Shown piece by piece: positions 1 through 11,871 of a DNA stretch of 64,000 bases. Position 1 is the stretch's first letter. Each line of letters starts with the position of its first letter. The stretch spans positions 20,150,001 through 20,214,000 of the forward strand of contig OZ024753.1 of NCBI GenBank assembly GCA_964016885.1, read 5' to 3'. The notes under the pieces were generated by a model. It made no database searches and was not told the origin of the DNA. It saw only the letters and a program-made list of their open reading frames with translations. This DNA comes from Eledone cirrhosa. Lineage: Eukaryota. Position numbers and translations under genes: made by a program.

Positions 1-317
1 ATAGTTTCAAGCAGCGTATTTACATGCATACCCATTCTTTTCGTTACCCTCTAAGAAGGAATATGACGTCACTCTCAGCTTATATCTGGAGTCTAAAAGA
101 CAACCACACCCAATATAAGTTACACTGGGAGATCCTAGCTAGGGCTAGATCGTATAACGGAAATAAAAGACCATGTGACCTCTGCGCCGCTGAGGCCCTG
201 GAAATACTCTACGCCACGGACCACATCTTTAAAAAAAATCAGGCAATTTCGGCTTGTAAACATAAATTGCACAAAACTTTCCTGTATTACAGCCTCACGT
301 TATACCCTAACGGATAG
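1..317 (+). pseudogene. C-terminal GIY-YIG endonuclease fragment of a Penelope-like element (Naiad-like), cut by the window edge
   Basis: SFKQRIYMHTHSF...TSLSAYIWSLK...HWEILARA...CDLCAAE...CKH parallels the C-terminus of ORF 3695-4618 (FKSRFNNHKNSF...STSLSSLLWDLK...CDLCIEE...CRH). Confidence 0.8.
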
Positions 318-902
318 TACGATCTATACGTGGATATTTTACGTCTTGGTGTGGTAGCTAAGTATATGTTTTGTTTATACCATTACTTATTTGCATAGAT
401 AAGTATATATTACCTGTATGTTTTGTGAAGGTACGATTACCTTCTCGTACAGTTATTTGATTGTATATGTTATGGCGTATAATTGTATATGTTCTGGTAC
501 ATATGGTTTGGTTATGTGTATATGGGTGTTTTGCGTCTGTGTGAGTATGCAGGTTCGTACGTATGTAGGGTGTGTGTATATGTGTACTTCATGTTTTGGT
601 TGACTTACTCTCCGAACATTTGTGTATTTACATGTAGGTATGTGTGTGTGTTTGTTATATACGTATTTATTTATTTATATACGTTTATTTAATTATTTAT
701 TTATTTGTATACACGCATACACACACACATATTTATATGTGCGTGGTTTTGTATACCTATGGTAAGTGGTTTCGCGTATGCTTGTATGTACGTATTTGTA
801 TGCGTGTATGTATTTATTTAATTTCTATTACCTCTGTATTGTATTTATTTACTTTGTTCTTAACTCTGAAGCGGAGATTCAATCGGTCTCCTAGTTAGAA
901 TT

Positions 903-1172
903 TTAGTCTACGACTTCTGCTATACCATTTACGTGGTTTTGTCTTTGCGTGCTATTGTTCTCCACGCTCCACATATGACGTATTATCTTCGTTTTTTTCA
1001 TTCATTGCCAGAGAACGTCTCTATGAACCACCTAAGAGAACATTAGTCTACGACCTCTTTTATACCATAAACGTGGTTCTGTCTTTGCGCGTAATTTTTT
1101 TCACCGCTCCTATCTATGACGTATTATATATGTTTTTTCGCGGTCTTTGCCAGGGAACGTTTCCACGAACCA
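903..1172 (+). repeat. Diverged tandem duplication (about 140-bp period) at the 3' end of the PLE fragment
   Basis: ttagtctacgac...tatacc...acgtggtt...gtctttgcg...tatgacgtattat...ttgccag.gaacgt occurs at about 903 and 1043. Confidence 0.7.
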
Positions 1173-1194
1173 AAGTATCGTCTTCCTGTCTTCC

Positions 1195-1378
1195 TCCGGT
1201 TGCAACGTTTTTTGAAATATCCACTTCTGCGTTTACAGATTGACTTTGTTAGTTTCAGAGGATCCCGTTAAGGGTGAAAGCAGCGATTCTTTGCTTAAAC
1301 TTTAATCTGTTATTTTAATAAATATTTGCTCTACCGTTCTTATATATTTGATATATATTTATCCTTATCGAGCCCTCT
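1195..1378 (+). repeat. Short interspersed repeat, second copy at about 36285-36467
   Basis: Shared gtttcaga.gatcccgttaagggtgaaagcagcgattctttgc.taaacttt.atctgttatttt...gagccctct. Confidence 0.75.
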
Positions 1379-1694
1379 TTTGATTTTAGTCTTCAAATTT
1401 ATTATTATAACTATATATATATATATATACATTTTGTCGAGCCAAAATTGGCCAAAACTGCTACTATATTTCATAGTAACGGTTCGGCTGCTGTCTTCTT
1501 AACAAAACACTCCTCACTGATTAACCTCGATGTCACGTGATTGATTCTTTTGAATTTGCCACCAATGCAGTAAGCAGTGATTTTTTCAATTGCTTGGAAC
1601 TTAGTCCACGCTTTAGTTTTTTCCATCCACTGAATTATTTTTGTATAAGTTCCCTGTGTCCACGCATTGCCTGGAAACTTAGCTGAGAATAGAC

Positions 1695-1773
1695 TTCCCT
1701 GATGACGAAAGGCTTCTCCGTAGGTTTCTTCGGAAACTATGTTTATTCCCTTTCAGAAACTAATTAGTTGGAG
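1695..1773 (+). ncRNA. Type I hammerhead ribozyme motif (family J)
   Basis: ttcc-CTGATGA-c-gaaagg...cctttc-a-GAAA-CTAATTAG-TT-ggag. Palindromic helix III; gtttc-TTCG-gaaac hairpin inside helix II. Confidence 0.65.
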
Positions 1774-1822
1774 TGAAATTTTAGTAAGTAAGTTAATTTT
1801 TATAATTTTCTTATTTTACGTC

Positions 1823-1873
<51 letters not shown>

Positions 1874-1878
<5 letters not shown>

Positions 1879-2260
1879 GTATTAAATAAATGGTACGCTT
1901 TCATCAGATAAAATACGAAGTGTGTTTTATAAATTTTGACATAGCCAGGGAACATACCTTAACGGTTGAAGTGTTCCTTGGATATTTTCCACCGGTAAGG
2001 TTGTTCCTTGGCTATGTCAAAATTTATAAAACACACTATGTATTTTATCTGATGAAAGCGTATCAAAGGTTTTGGTACCCTTGAAATATATATAATATAA
2101 TAAATATGGTTTTATAAATATATTTTCCATTTATTTAATATCATTGAATATATGAAAATATGTTGAATATATATAACCAGAAAATATGTTGAGTGCTCAG
2201 AATCAGTTATAAACATTTATATTTGTTGAATTACCAACAAATTGAATATCCCTTCTGCTT
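1874..2260 (+). mobile_element. Fold-back PLE pLTR remnant (family A) with HHR at 2041-2102
   Basis: About 1891-1965 is the reverse complement of about 1992-2065. tattttat-CTGATGA-aagcgtatcaaa...tttggtaccctt-GAAA-tatata-TA-atataata. Flanked by (TA)n. Confidence 0.75.
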
Positions 2261-2273
2261 ATATATATATATT

Positions 2274-2331
<58 letters not shown>

Positions 2332-2458
2332 AAAGTTTTATTTAAATTGTTGGGATACAACAAGCAAATATTTTTATAACTGATATAAAGCACTCGACAA
2401 ATATTTGGAGTAGATATACGATATTAATAAATGGAAACTATATTTATAAAACCATATT

Positions 2459-2523
2459 TATTTCCTTATATATATTTCAAGGATACCAAGTTACATTATG
2501 GTATGCCTTCATCAGACAAAATA
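2459..2523 (-). ncRNA. Hammerhead ribozyme motif (family A) in the inverted pLTR
   Basis: Reverse complement of 6221-6285. Confidence 0.75.
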
Positions 2524-2633
2524 CAATATATAACAGTTTTATAAATAGACATTGACGTACCCCTTTTAAAAATTGACCGTTGTTTTTGGAGGCCATCAGG
2601 ATAGTGATTTGTTTACTTTAGTAAGTCATAGTC

Positions 2634-4618
2634 ATCCAAAGCATCAAATTCAAAAACAACTTCAAAGGCCAAGATTACTTAAGAGATATTAAAGATAAGA
2701 TTGAAAACTTGGAGAAAACGGAGAAAACTCTAGTCAAGTCGGACAAAACTAATAATCTTTACGGAATACAAAAGGACATTTATAACGACCTTATATTGAA
2801 GGAACTAAAGAAGAAATATAAAGTAGCAAATAAGGACGAACTTGAAAAACTGAATACAGATGCCTCTTGTATAATGCATGAACTAGACATTGAAAATAAA
2901 ACACAACCCTTCATGCCAAGGAAACCTAAGATCAATATGAAGGATCATAAAACAAACTTTGAAAATGATTTACCAGTCAGATTAATTGCACCATCTAAAT
3001 CTGACCTGGGCAGACTTAACAAAAATATTCTAGACAGAGTAATACAACAAATTAAGAATTTACCTAATTTATCTTACTTAAAATTATGGAAAGGGACTAG
3101 TGAGGTTATCGATTGGTTTAAAGAAATTAAATATAACTATAATAATATGTTTATTCAGTTGGATATTGCTAACTACTACTCATCTATCACTCCTAATCTA
3201 CTGAATAAGGCATTAACTTACGCATTTAAACATACAGACCTAACTAGCAATGAAATGCCCATTATATTATCGGCACGGAAAACATTAATAGAATTTAATA
3301 ACCAACTCTGGACTAGGGCAGATAGAAATAATAATTTCGACATAACTATGGGATCTTCAGACTCAGCTCAGGTAACGGACCTTGTGGGCCTATTTATAAT
3401 TAATTCTCTACATAGAAAAATACCAGATGTAACCGGAGGCTTATATCGTGACGACATGCTTTTACTTATAGAAAATAATAGCTGTGAACTAAATAGAAAA
3501 GAAAACAAATTATACAATTTTTTAATTACCTTAATCTAAAAGTAGAAATAGAGAATAAACATAAAATAGTCAATTTTCTAGATGTAACACTAAATCTCAA
3601 CACATGTCTTCATTATCCATTTTACAAACTAAATGAGAACTTAAATTATGTCAATTTTAACTCTAATCACCCCAGATCCGCTAAAAATACTATAGTGAAC
3701 TCTGTTCAAAAACGAATTTCAAGAATTTCATCTAATAAGAATATATTTGACGAAAAAGCGCATTATTACAATGAAGCGTTAGGTAGAGCTGGGTATAGAA
3801 ATAAAATTATATACATCGATAATAATAATAATATACAAAATAACCAAAATAATAACAACTTTAATTATGGTAACAATTTCAACAACCATAATAGAAAATA
3901 TTACTATAACTCCGAAAGCCGAAAAAGAAATAGAACTAGGAATATATTATGGTTCGCTCCCCCTTTCTCACTAAATATTAAAACCCCTATTGCTAAACTA
4001 TTCTTTAAGGCTCTTGACAAACGATTCCCTAGAACACATAAATATTACTCAATTTTTAATAGACATACTATAAAATTAACCTACTCTTCCACCAAAAATT
4101 TAGCGCAAAATATTAATAGAATTAATAATAGAAATTTAAAACCTAACCAAAATACCAATAATAACCCAAGCAATATTCAATCGAATAACTGTAACTGTAG
4201 AAATAAATCCAACTGTCCGTTAAATAACAACTGCTTAGCTAAAAATGTAGTTTATAATTGTAATGTTAAAACTAATTTAAATTCATTTAACTATGTCGGT
4301 TCTACCTCTACAGAATTTAAATCCCGCTTCAATAATCATAAAAATTCTTTTACAGATCCGAACAAAAAATCTTCAACTTCGCTATCTAGCCTATTATGGG
4401 ACCTAAAACGAGATAATGTTAAATATTCGCTGATTTGGAATATTATTTCAAAAGCTACTCCTTTTAATTCCTCTTCAGAAAATTGTGACCTTTGTATAGA
4501 GGAAATATTTTTTATATTAAAGACCAAAAATTCTCTTAATTTAAGGAATAATTTATTCAGTTGCTGCAGACATAGATTGAACTCAACGTTTAAATATAAA
4601 TATAAATTTAAAATGTAG
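2634..4618 (+). pseudogene. PLE reverse transcriptase plus GIY-YIG endonuclease, one frameshift near 3500
   Basis: RT motifs KDHK, QLDIANYYSSI, FDITMGSSDSAQVTDLVGL, GLYRDD. After the shift: VNFLDVTLNL, SNHP, WFAPPFS, CNC...CPL...CL, NVVYNC...YVGST, CDLC...CRH. Confidence 0.92.
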
Positions 4619-6220
4619 TTTAATTAATTAAGTAATTTAGTTAATATATCTAACCTGTCGATAAATCATTAGATTCCTTCACCTTTTTCATTTTCTTTGG
4701 TTAAGTACCTCAGTATAAATTTTCTTCATAAATATAATTATAAATATAATAAACTATTCTAGAAAAGTTTATCCTTTCAAAATCTTGAATAAAATATACG
4801 TAAGATAAATTTCTATACTAAACATATTATTTTAGCTTAAAATATTCTATATTTTAATAGTTTTTAAAATTTAAAAAAAAATATTTTTTTATTTTTAAAA
4901 TTTTTTAAATTTTTAAATTTTAAAGATTTTTTTAAAGTTTTTTGAAATTTTTTTGAAATTTAAAAAAAATTTTTTTAATATCTTTATTTTTTATTTTTAT
5001 TTTTAAATTTTTAATATTTTGATATCTGTAGAATCCTTGTTTTTTAAGTTATATTGATATAATATTTTATTTTTTATTAGATTTATTTTTTATTAGATTC
5101 ATTTTATTTATTTAGTATTTTTTTTTTTTTTTTTTTTTTTTTAGATTCATTTTATTTTTTATTTTTATTAGATTGGTTTTATTAGATTTGTTTTAATTCA
5201 GATAGCTTCTCATAATTTTCATTAGATTTATTTTTTATTCTGATAGCTTCTCATAATTTTCAAAAGTTCGTCCTTTCAATATCTTGATTAAAATATACGT
5301 AAGATTAATTTCTATCCTAAATATATTAAACATATTATTTTAACTTAAAATATTCTATAATATTTTGGGATATTTTAGTATTTTGATATTTGTAGAATTC
5401 GTTTGCTTTTTAAGTTATATTGATATAATTATATTTCCAAAATATAATCCTTTTGAATTTTATATACTCAATTGTACTATGTTATATGTTGATTGTATCT
5501 ATATACGGCTAATGTATCTATATGTGTGTGTTGACATACATATACATGTGTTATATGCTTTTTTATGATTATATGTGTATACCAATTGAAGATGCACACA
5601 CATATCTATTCATGTATAGCTAAGAATTATGGATGTGAATGTACAGGCTTACACATGCAGTTTTTGATTACAGATATGCATAACTTAACAGCCATAAATG
5701 CATGAAAGTTAATCCTATATATTTATATATATATACTAAAAACTTTTAATTTTTAATTAATAACACAGGGAATGTATGGCAAAAAATCACTTATGCTTTG
5801 TATATATATATTATGTGCAGGAGTAGATATAATGTGTATTTTCTGAGTGAGTGTGTATATATATATATTTATGTATCCCAATTGTTAACTCAACTTAATA
5901 TGACATAACTTAAGGCTTTCGTTCTCTCCCCCTCTCTCTCTATCTCTATATGTCTCTCTCTGGATTTTTTTCTCTGTCTGATGGTTTGATATCTCCCCGT
6001 TATTTTCCTCTGTTCTCTCTTCTTTTTGTTTTCTTCTTTTTCTTTATCTATCTCTCCCTTTCTTTTCTCCACGTTTCTCTCTCTCTCTCCATCTTTTTAC
6101 TTACTATTAACACTATGACTTACTAAAGTAAACAAATCACTATCCTGATGGCCTCCAAAAACAACGCTCAATTTTTAAGAGGGGTACGTCAATGTCTATT
6201 TATAAAACTGTTATATATTG

Positions 6221-6285
6221 TATTTTGTCTGATGAAGGCATACCATAATGTAACTTGGTATCCTTGAAATATATATAATGAAATA
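6221..6285 (+). ncRNA. Hammerhead ribozyme motif (family A) in the 3' pLTR
   Basis: tattttgt-CTGATGA-aggcatacca...tggtatcctt-GAAA-tatata-TA-atgaaata. Helix II covaries among copies (atacca/tggtat, acacca/tggtgt, gtatca/tggtac). Confidence 0.8.
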
Positions 6286-6321
6286 AATATGGTTTTATAA
6301 ATATAGTTTCCATTTATTAAT

Positions 6322-6371
<50 letters not shown>

Positions 6372-7101
6372 CACATATATATACATATATACATATATAC
6401 ATATATACATATATATACATATACACATATATATACATATATACATATATATACATATACATATATATATATATATACATATAAATATATATATACATAT
6501 AAATATATATATACATATAAATATATATATACATATACACATACATATATATGTGTGTGTGTTTGTGTTGTGTGTGAGTCTGCATGTGAGTGTGTGTGAG
6601 TGAGTGAGTGTATGTGCGTGTGTCTGCGTGTGTGTGAATGAGTGTATGTGCATGTGTCAGTGATTGTGTGATTGGGTGTGTCTGTGTGTGTAAATATGCG
6701 TGTATGTGTGAATTCGTGTGAGAGTGTGTGTGTGAGTGTGAGAGTGTGTATATGTGAGAGTGTGTGTGTGCGACACTTCAATAATATATCACTGACTCCA
6801 TTTATTCCTCATATTTTAAGGGATATCTTTCAATATTTGATAATATATTGAACTTATCAGGTTAAGGGAGTTGGATTGGCAGTAGAATCGGTAGAGTGTC
6901 CAACAACAAGCTTTACTACTTACAGTTACCTCCCTTTATATATTGAGTTTCATGGTCAATAAAATAAAGTACTATATAAAAGTGTTGATGGTCAAAGATT
7001 ACGGTTGGAGGAAAAGGGGTACTGAGATTAGTGTGTTACATCAAGTAGAATGGTATAGTACAATCTTAAAATGTTTATTTCTTTGTTGTGAGGAATAATT
7101 T

Positions 7102-7532
7102 GTTCTAAAAATATATAATTGTTTCTACCTTTGGCACAAGGCCAGCAATTATCCAGTACATTACTGGTACTTTATTTTATCGACCCCGTAAGGATGAAAG
7201 GCAAAGTTGATCGGCGGGATCTGAACTCAGAATGGAAAGTTCTAAAAATATATAATTGTTTCTAGTTTAGGCACAAGGCCAGAAATTACCAGTGCATTAC
7301 TGGTACTTTATTTTATCGACCCCGTAAGGATGAAAGGCAAAGTCAACCTCGGCGGGATATGAACTCAGATCGTAAAGGGACGTAACTATGCTGGAGAGCA
7401 TGGCGTCCGACCCTCTACCGATACTGCCAATCCACCGCCACGTTCTAAAAATATATAATATAATATAATTGTTTCTACGTTAGGTACAAGGCCGCAATTA
7501 TCCAGTGCATTACTGGTACTTTATTTTATCGA
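7102..7532 (-). mobile_element. tRNA-derived SINE, one near-full copy (7239-7439) with partial tandem duplicates
   Basis: Minus strand ggcggtggatTGGCAGTATCGG (A box) ... GAGTTCATATCC (B box) ... ttgcctttcatccttacggggtcgataaaataaagtaccag. Same family at 54960-55150. Confidence 0.8.
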
Positions 7533-7912
7533 TATAATATAATATAATAAGGAGAGGAACATAAATTAAACCAAATGGAAGTAAAATTTAGTATTTTGAT
7601 AAACTATTATATGGGTAAGAAAATACTAAAGTTTGTGTAAGTATTGTATTGTGTTAGAGTGGTTAGAATGAAGTTTTCCCTGTAGGGAATTATATTTTCG
7701 AATGAGAATCTACATTAATAATCTGGGTTTGGGGGGGGGGGGGGGGTTAAAAGGAGTTTTAAATGCATATCGGTTAAAATTTTGTTAGATTATTGAAAAG
7801 AATGTAATATAGAGTGCTAAATTATAGTTAATTACTTAAAAAAGTTATAGGAATGAGATATAGGATTTAATCCATGGATTAATTCTAGTAGCAGAATATA
7901 TATATATATATA

Positions 7913-8435
7913 GTTTTAATATAGAAGAGATTCTACAGGACTAGAACTGTTTCATTCTTTAGAAATCATCAGGAATCTGGGTATTGAAAAATAAATATGG
8001 TATTTATGGGTCTCTTCAGGTGGTAGGAGAGGGTAGGGAGTGGGATGGGAAGAGGTCATTGGTTGATAGAAAAGGGAATTCATTAAAAGTTAATTCTTTA
8101 AAGCTATAATTTATATTTAGAGTAACAAAGCCAGAAAGAATTCTATAAACAAGTTCAGAATGGGGTGCCATTCCTTATTTTTAAGTTTCATCTTAAGCTA
8201 GCAATGCCTATATTTCAGGTGTCTATAAGATCGTTGGAGGTCAGTCATGGTTGATGGATTTAAAGAAAAGGGAAATTCTTTAAAAACTAATTCTTCAAGG
8301 TTCTACTTAGAGTGACAAGGCCTAGAGAATTCTATAGACCAGTTCAAAATACTGAGTGCATATCATACCATTATCTTCAATTTTCTCTTAAACTATATTC
8401 CAAGGTCAACAGACACATTCACAAACACACACACT
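7913..8435 (-). mobile_element. Non-coding pLTR-like repeat (family B); other copies at 11016-11165 and 23265-23863
   Basis: Reverse complement of about 23265-23797; carries an HHR. Confidence 0.8.
7928..7978 (-). ncRNA. Hammerhead ribozyme motif (family B), intact
   Basis: agattc-CTGATGA-t-ttc-taaa-gaa-t-GAAA-cag-ttctagtc-ctg-TA-gaatct, GUA site. Confidence 0.8.
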
Positions 8436-8589
8436 CACACACTCGCGCGCACCCACACAGACACACACACATGTATATATATATATGTATATAATATATA
8501 TATACACACATATATATATACACATATGCACATATATATCCACACATACACACATATATATAAACATATATATACACATATATATATAC

Positions 8590-8654
<65 letters not shown>

Positions 8655-8677
8655 TAAAACCATATAAAAATATATAC

Positions 8678-8709
<32 letters not shown>

Positions 8710-8711
<2 letters not shown>

Positions 8712-8838
8712 TGTTATACTTTGGGAGGGTCATGTTGCCAATAAGAAACACACGCACCATGACCCTCCCAAAGTATAACAATATCGGTTTCAACACACGA
8801 TTTCAGATAAAGAATCTTGCTAAACAAATTCAGAAACG

Positions 8839-8840
<2 letters not shown>
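8710..8840 (+). mobile_element. Tiny fold-back remnant of the 3' end of the PLE family at 29100-30925
   Basis: Arms 8710-8734 and 8758-8782; the remainder matches 30845-30923. Confidence 0.75.
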
Positions 8841-8875
<35 letters not shown>

Positions 8876-9213
8876 AAAACACACAGATACATGCGGACAC
8901 ACACATATATACATGAATGCATCCGCACCCAACTGTGAGTTAAGGGTGCCAACTTCACCGATGTTGCTCAATGAATGACTGGGACAGACCAATTCAGTTT
9001 GAACCAGACTGAACCAGTATCAGAGTTAAAAATACGATATGAATACCCCCTCGATATGAATACCCCCTCCGCCTCCGTGGTATTTTCTTCGTGGTTATAA
9101 GAGGCTTAGCTCTGTTTCTCGACCGTTATATCGCGTGACTATCTCCCCCTCCGCCTTTTGGGATTCTTTCTCACGTCGTGTAGACGCGTTCTTGAGACTA
9201 GTAAAATGAGGTA

Positions 9214-9301
9214 TCCTCTTGATAAGTTGGCAGACCTCGCAAGGACTCTATATCTTTGATATATTGTTTTTGTTTATGCCACGAAACTACGTAGTCGAGG
9301 A
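9214..9301 (+). ncRNA. Hammerhead ribozyme, U3-A8 variant (family C, copy 1)
   Basis: tcctc-TTGATAA-gttggca...tgccac-GAAA-CTACGTAG-TC-gagga. Confidence 0.75.
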
Positions 9302-9804
9302 ATTTAGGAACAGTTTAGGTATGATACATTTTATTACTAATTATATCTAAATGTTTCTTCTCTCTTCATAATGTATTTTTAACTCTGATACTGGTTCAGT
9401 CTGGTTCAAACTGAATTGGTCTGTCCCAGTCATTCATTGAGCAACATCGGTGAAGTTGGCACCCTTAACTCACAGTTGGGTGCGGATGCATTCATGTATA
9501 TATGTGTGTGTCCGCATGTATCTGTGTGTTTTTAAATATATTAATAACTCCCTCTGGTCGAGCAATCTTTGAAGTGTGGGGACAACTGGAAAGCTTCCAT
9601 TACTCATACTTCTCGCCTTCTTCACTACCTCTTCTACGGCCTCGATATGAATACCCCCTCCGCCTCCGTGGTATTTTCTTCGTGGTTATAAGAGGCTTAG
9701 CTCTGTTTCTCGACCGTTATATCGCGTGACTATCTCCCCCTCCGCCTTTTGGGATTCTTTCTCACGTCGTGTAGACGCGTTCTTGAGACTAGTAAAATGA
9801 GGTA

Positions 9805-9892
9805 TCCTCTTGATAAGTTGGCAGACCTCGCAAGGACTCTATATCTTTGATATATTGTTTTTGTTTATGCCACGAAACTACGTAGTCGAGGA
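9805..9892 (+). ncRNA. Hammerhead ribozyme, U3-A8 variant (family C, copy 2)
   Basis: Same sequence as 9214-9301, offset +591. Confidence 0.75.
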
Positions 9893-10395
9893 ATTTAGGA
9901 ACAGTTTAGGTATGATACATTTTATTACTAATTATATCTAAATGTTTCTTCTCTCTTCATAATGTATTTTTAACTCTGATACTGGTTCAGTCTGGTTCAA
10001 ACTGAATTGGTCTGTCCCAGTCATTCATTGAGCAACATCGGTGAAGTTGGCACCCTTAACTCACAGTTGGGTGCGGATGCATTCATGTATATATGTGTGT
10101 GTCCGCATATATCTGTGTGTTTTTAAATATATTAATAACTCCCTCTGGTCGAGCAATCTTTGAAGTGTGGGGACAACTGGAAAGCTTCCATTACTCATAC
10201 TTCTCGCCTTCTTCACTACCTCTTCTACGGCCTCGATATGAATACCCCCTCCGCCTCCGTGGTATTTTCTTCGTGGTTATAAGAGGCTTAGCTCTGTTTC
10301 TCGACCGTTATATCGCGTGACTATCTCCCCCTCCGCCTTTTGGGATTCTTTCTCACGTCGTGTAGACGCGTTCTTGAGACTAGTAAAATGAGGTA

Positions 10396-10483
10396 TCCTC
10401 TTGATAAGTTGGCAGACCTCGCAAGGACTCTATATCTTTGATATATTGTTTTTGTTTATGCCACGAAACTACGTAGTCGAGGA
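10396..10483 (+). ncRNA. Hammerhead ribozyme, U3-A8 variant (family C, copy 3)
   Basis: Same sequence as 9214-9301, offset +1182. Confidence 0.75.
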
Positions 10484-10552
10484 ATTTAGGAACAGTTTAG
10501 GTATGATACATTTTATTACTAATTATATCTAAATGTTTCTTCTCTCTTCATA

Positions 10553-10593
<41 letters not shown>

Positions 10594-10616
10594 TAAAACC
10601 ATATAAAAATATATAC

Positions 10617-10710
<94 letters not shown>

Positions 10711-10714
10711 ATAA

Positions 10715-10830
10715 GATAAAAATACTTGAGTGCATTAGAGTTAAACACACTCGTCGTATTAGAGAAATGACAGTATAAGATATAGCTCAATGTTATCAAA
10801 CAGAGCCGAAAAATTATATAAAATTAACAA
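10715..10830 (+). repeat. Short interspersed repeat; inverted diverged copy at about 40445-40555
   Basis: Shared cgtatta.agaaatgacagta.aag.tatagctcaatg...aaacagagccgaaaaatta. Confidence 0.65.
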
Positions 10831-10889
10831 AGAAGCCTTTAATACATTAAAAATCTATACACATACCTACACATATACATACATATACA

Positions 10890-10961
<72 letters not shown>

Positions 10962-11030
10962 TGTATATATATATATATATATATATACATTTTATTTTTT
11001 GATATATATATATATTATTTTTTTATACCC

Positions 11031-11081
11031 AGATTCCTGATGATTTCTAAAAAATGAAACAGTTCTAGTCCTGTAGAATCT
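11031..11081 (+). ncRNA. Hammerhead motif (family B), helix II mutated
   Basis: agattcCTGATGAtttctaaaaaatGAAAcagttctagtcctgTAgaatct. Confidence 0.65.
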
Positions 11082-11164
11082 CATCTATATTAAAACGGTT
11101 ATACTCTGCAATGCATTGAGTACCTTACTTACTGTGGTTACCTCCGATTCAACCCGGAATAACG

Positions 11165-11203
<39 letters not shown>

Positions 11204-11210
11204 ATATATA

Positions 11211-11871
11211 TATCAAAATGAAAATCCGAAGGCAATGTGTATATATGTGTGTAGCGTTGGTTGACCCAATATTTCCGATTTACATCGTCAAATTGAGATT
11301 TGACCGACATAACTTCTGTTGCTTTGCGAACTAACTTTTCGGTGATTGCAGTGTTGGTACATTCTTATATCTGCTTTTTCTCGGATATCGCTTCGGTGTG
11401 TGTTGGGGTGTGTGTGTCCACACGCTAATTCTGCGGGTTTAATACTGTGTTGGTGTGTGTGTATATATATATTTATTTTTATTTTTATTTGACCTCGAGC
11501 CGATGTATGCGGGTGTGGAGTGTGTGTACCTACTAACTTCTAACTGTGACTGACTGTATCCCTACGGATTTGTTTGATGTCCAGCCCCTTTTGCAGCGAT
11601 AGAAGTCTGAAAACTTTTATGACCTCAACTAAAGCTAATAGCAGTTGCCTTGTCTCTGACTGAGTGGTGTGTCTCCATATGAGGGAATGAATTATGTGAA
11701 AGAACATCGTTTTTTTCTTCCTCATATCGAGAATTTGAAGACAATTCATTTTCACCTGATGAGATCAGTGATAATCGATCATGGCTTCACAATCGATCTA
11801 TCTCTTATAGAAACATGTGTCGTGATTAAATGATTGGAATTTTACCTTGCCTTCGGATTTTCATTTTGATA
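11211..11871 (+). mobile_element. Non-coding repeat (family D) with HHR-like motif at 11752-11825; second copy at about 48640-49280
   Basis: tcac-CTGATGA...GAAA-catgtg-TC-gtga. 25-bp terminal inverted repeat 11211-11235 / 11847-11871. Confidence 0.7.

Larger units (their letters stand above)
2329..6324 (+). mobile_element. 5'-truncated Penelope-like element (Naiad-like) with inverted 5' pLTR and direct 3' pLTR
   Basis: 2420-2632 is the reverse complement of 6112-6324, the RT-EN ORF lies between, and both ends abut (TA)n. Confidence 0.9.
8872..10556 (+). mobile_element. ORF-less tandem element: 5' inverted piece plus about 2.5 copies of a 591-bp HHR-containing unit (retrozyme-like, family C)
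   Basis: Period 591 (duplicate ORFs at 9502 and 10093). About 8872-9035 is the reverse complement of about 9373-9537. (TA)n on both sides. Confidence 0.85.

Noticed and set aside
861-897. HHR at the end of the first PLE (taact-CTGAAGC-ggaga...tctcc-t-agtta)
   Set aside because: Helices I and II are visible, but GAAA and helix III are missing and A9 is mutated; a dead relic at best.
1256-1295. HHR-like CAGAGGA-t-ccc-gttaa-ggg-t-GAAA (CAGAAGA at about 36345)
   Set aside because: U4 is A in both copies and I could not form helices I and III, so it is not counted.
2634-4618. Selenocysteine-encoding PLE (reported for some Naiad elements)
   Set aside because: No in-frame TGA at conserved Cys positions; the break is a frameshift and both ORF parts end in TAA or TAG.
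7239-7439. tRNA gene
   Set aside because: A and B boxes are present, but there is no cloverleaf and the body is shared with other SINE copies.
9502-10320. Duplicated 75-aa ORF in the 591-bp unit
   Set aside because: It starts in a TG-rich stretch and has no motifs; its duplication only reflects the tandem repeat.
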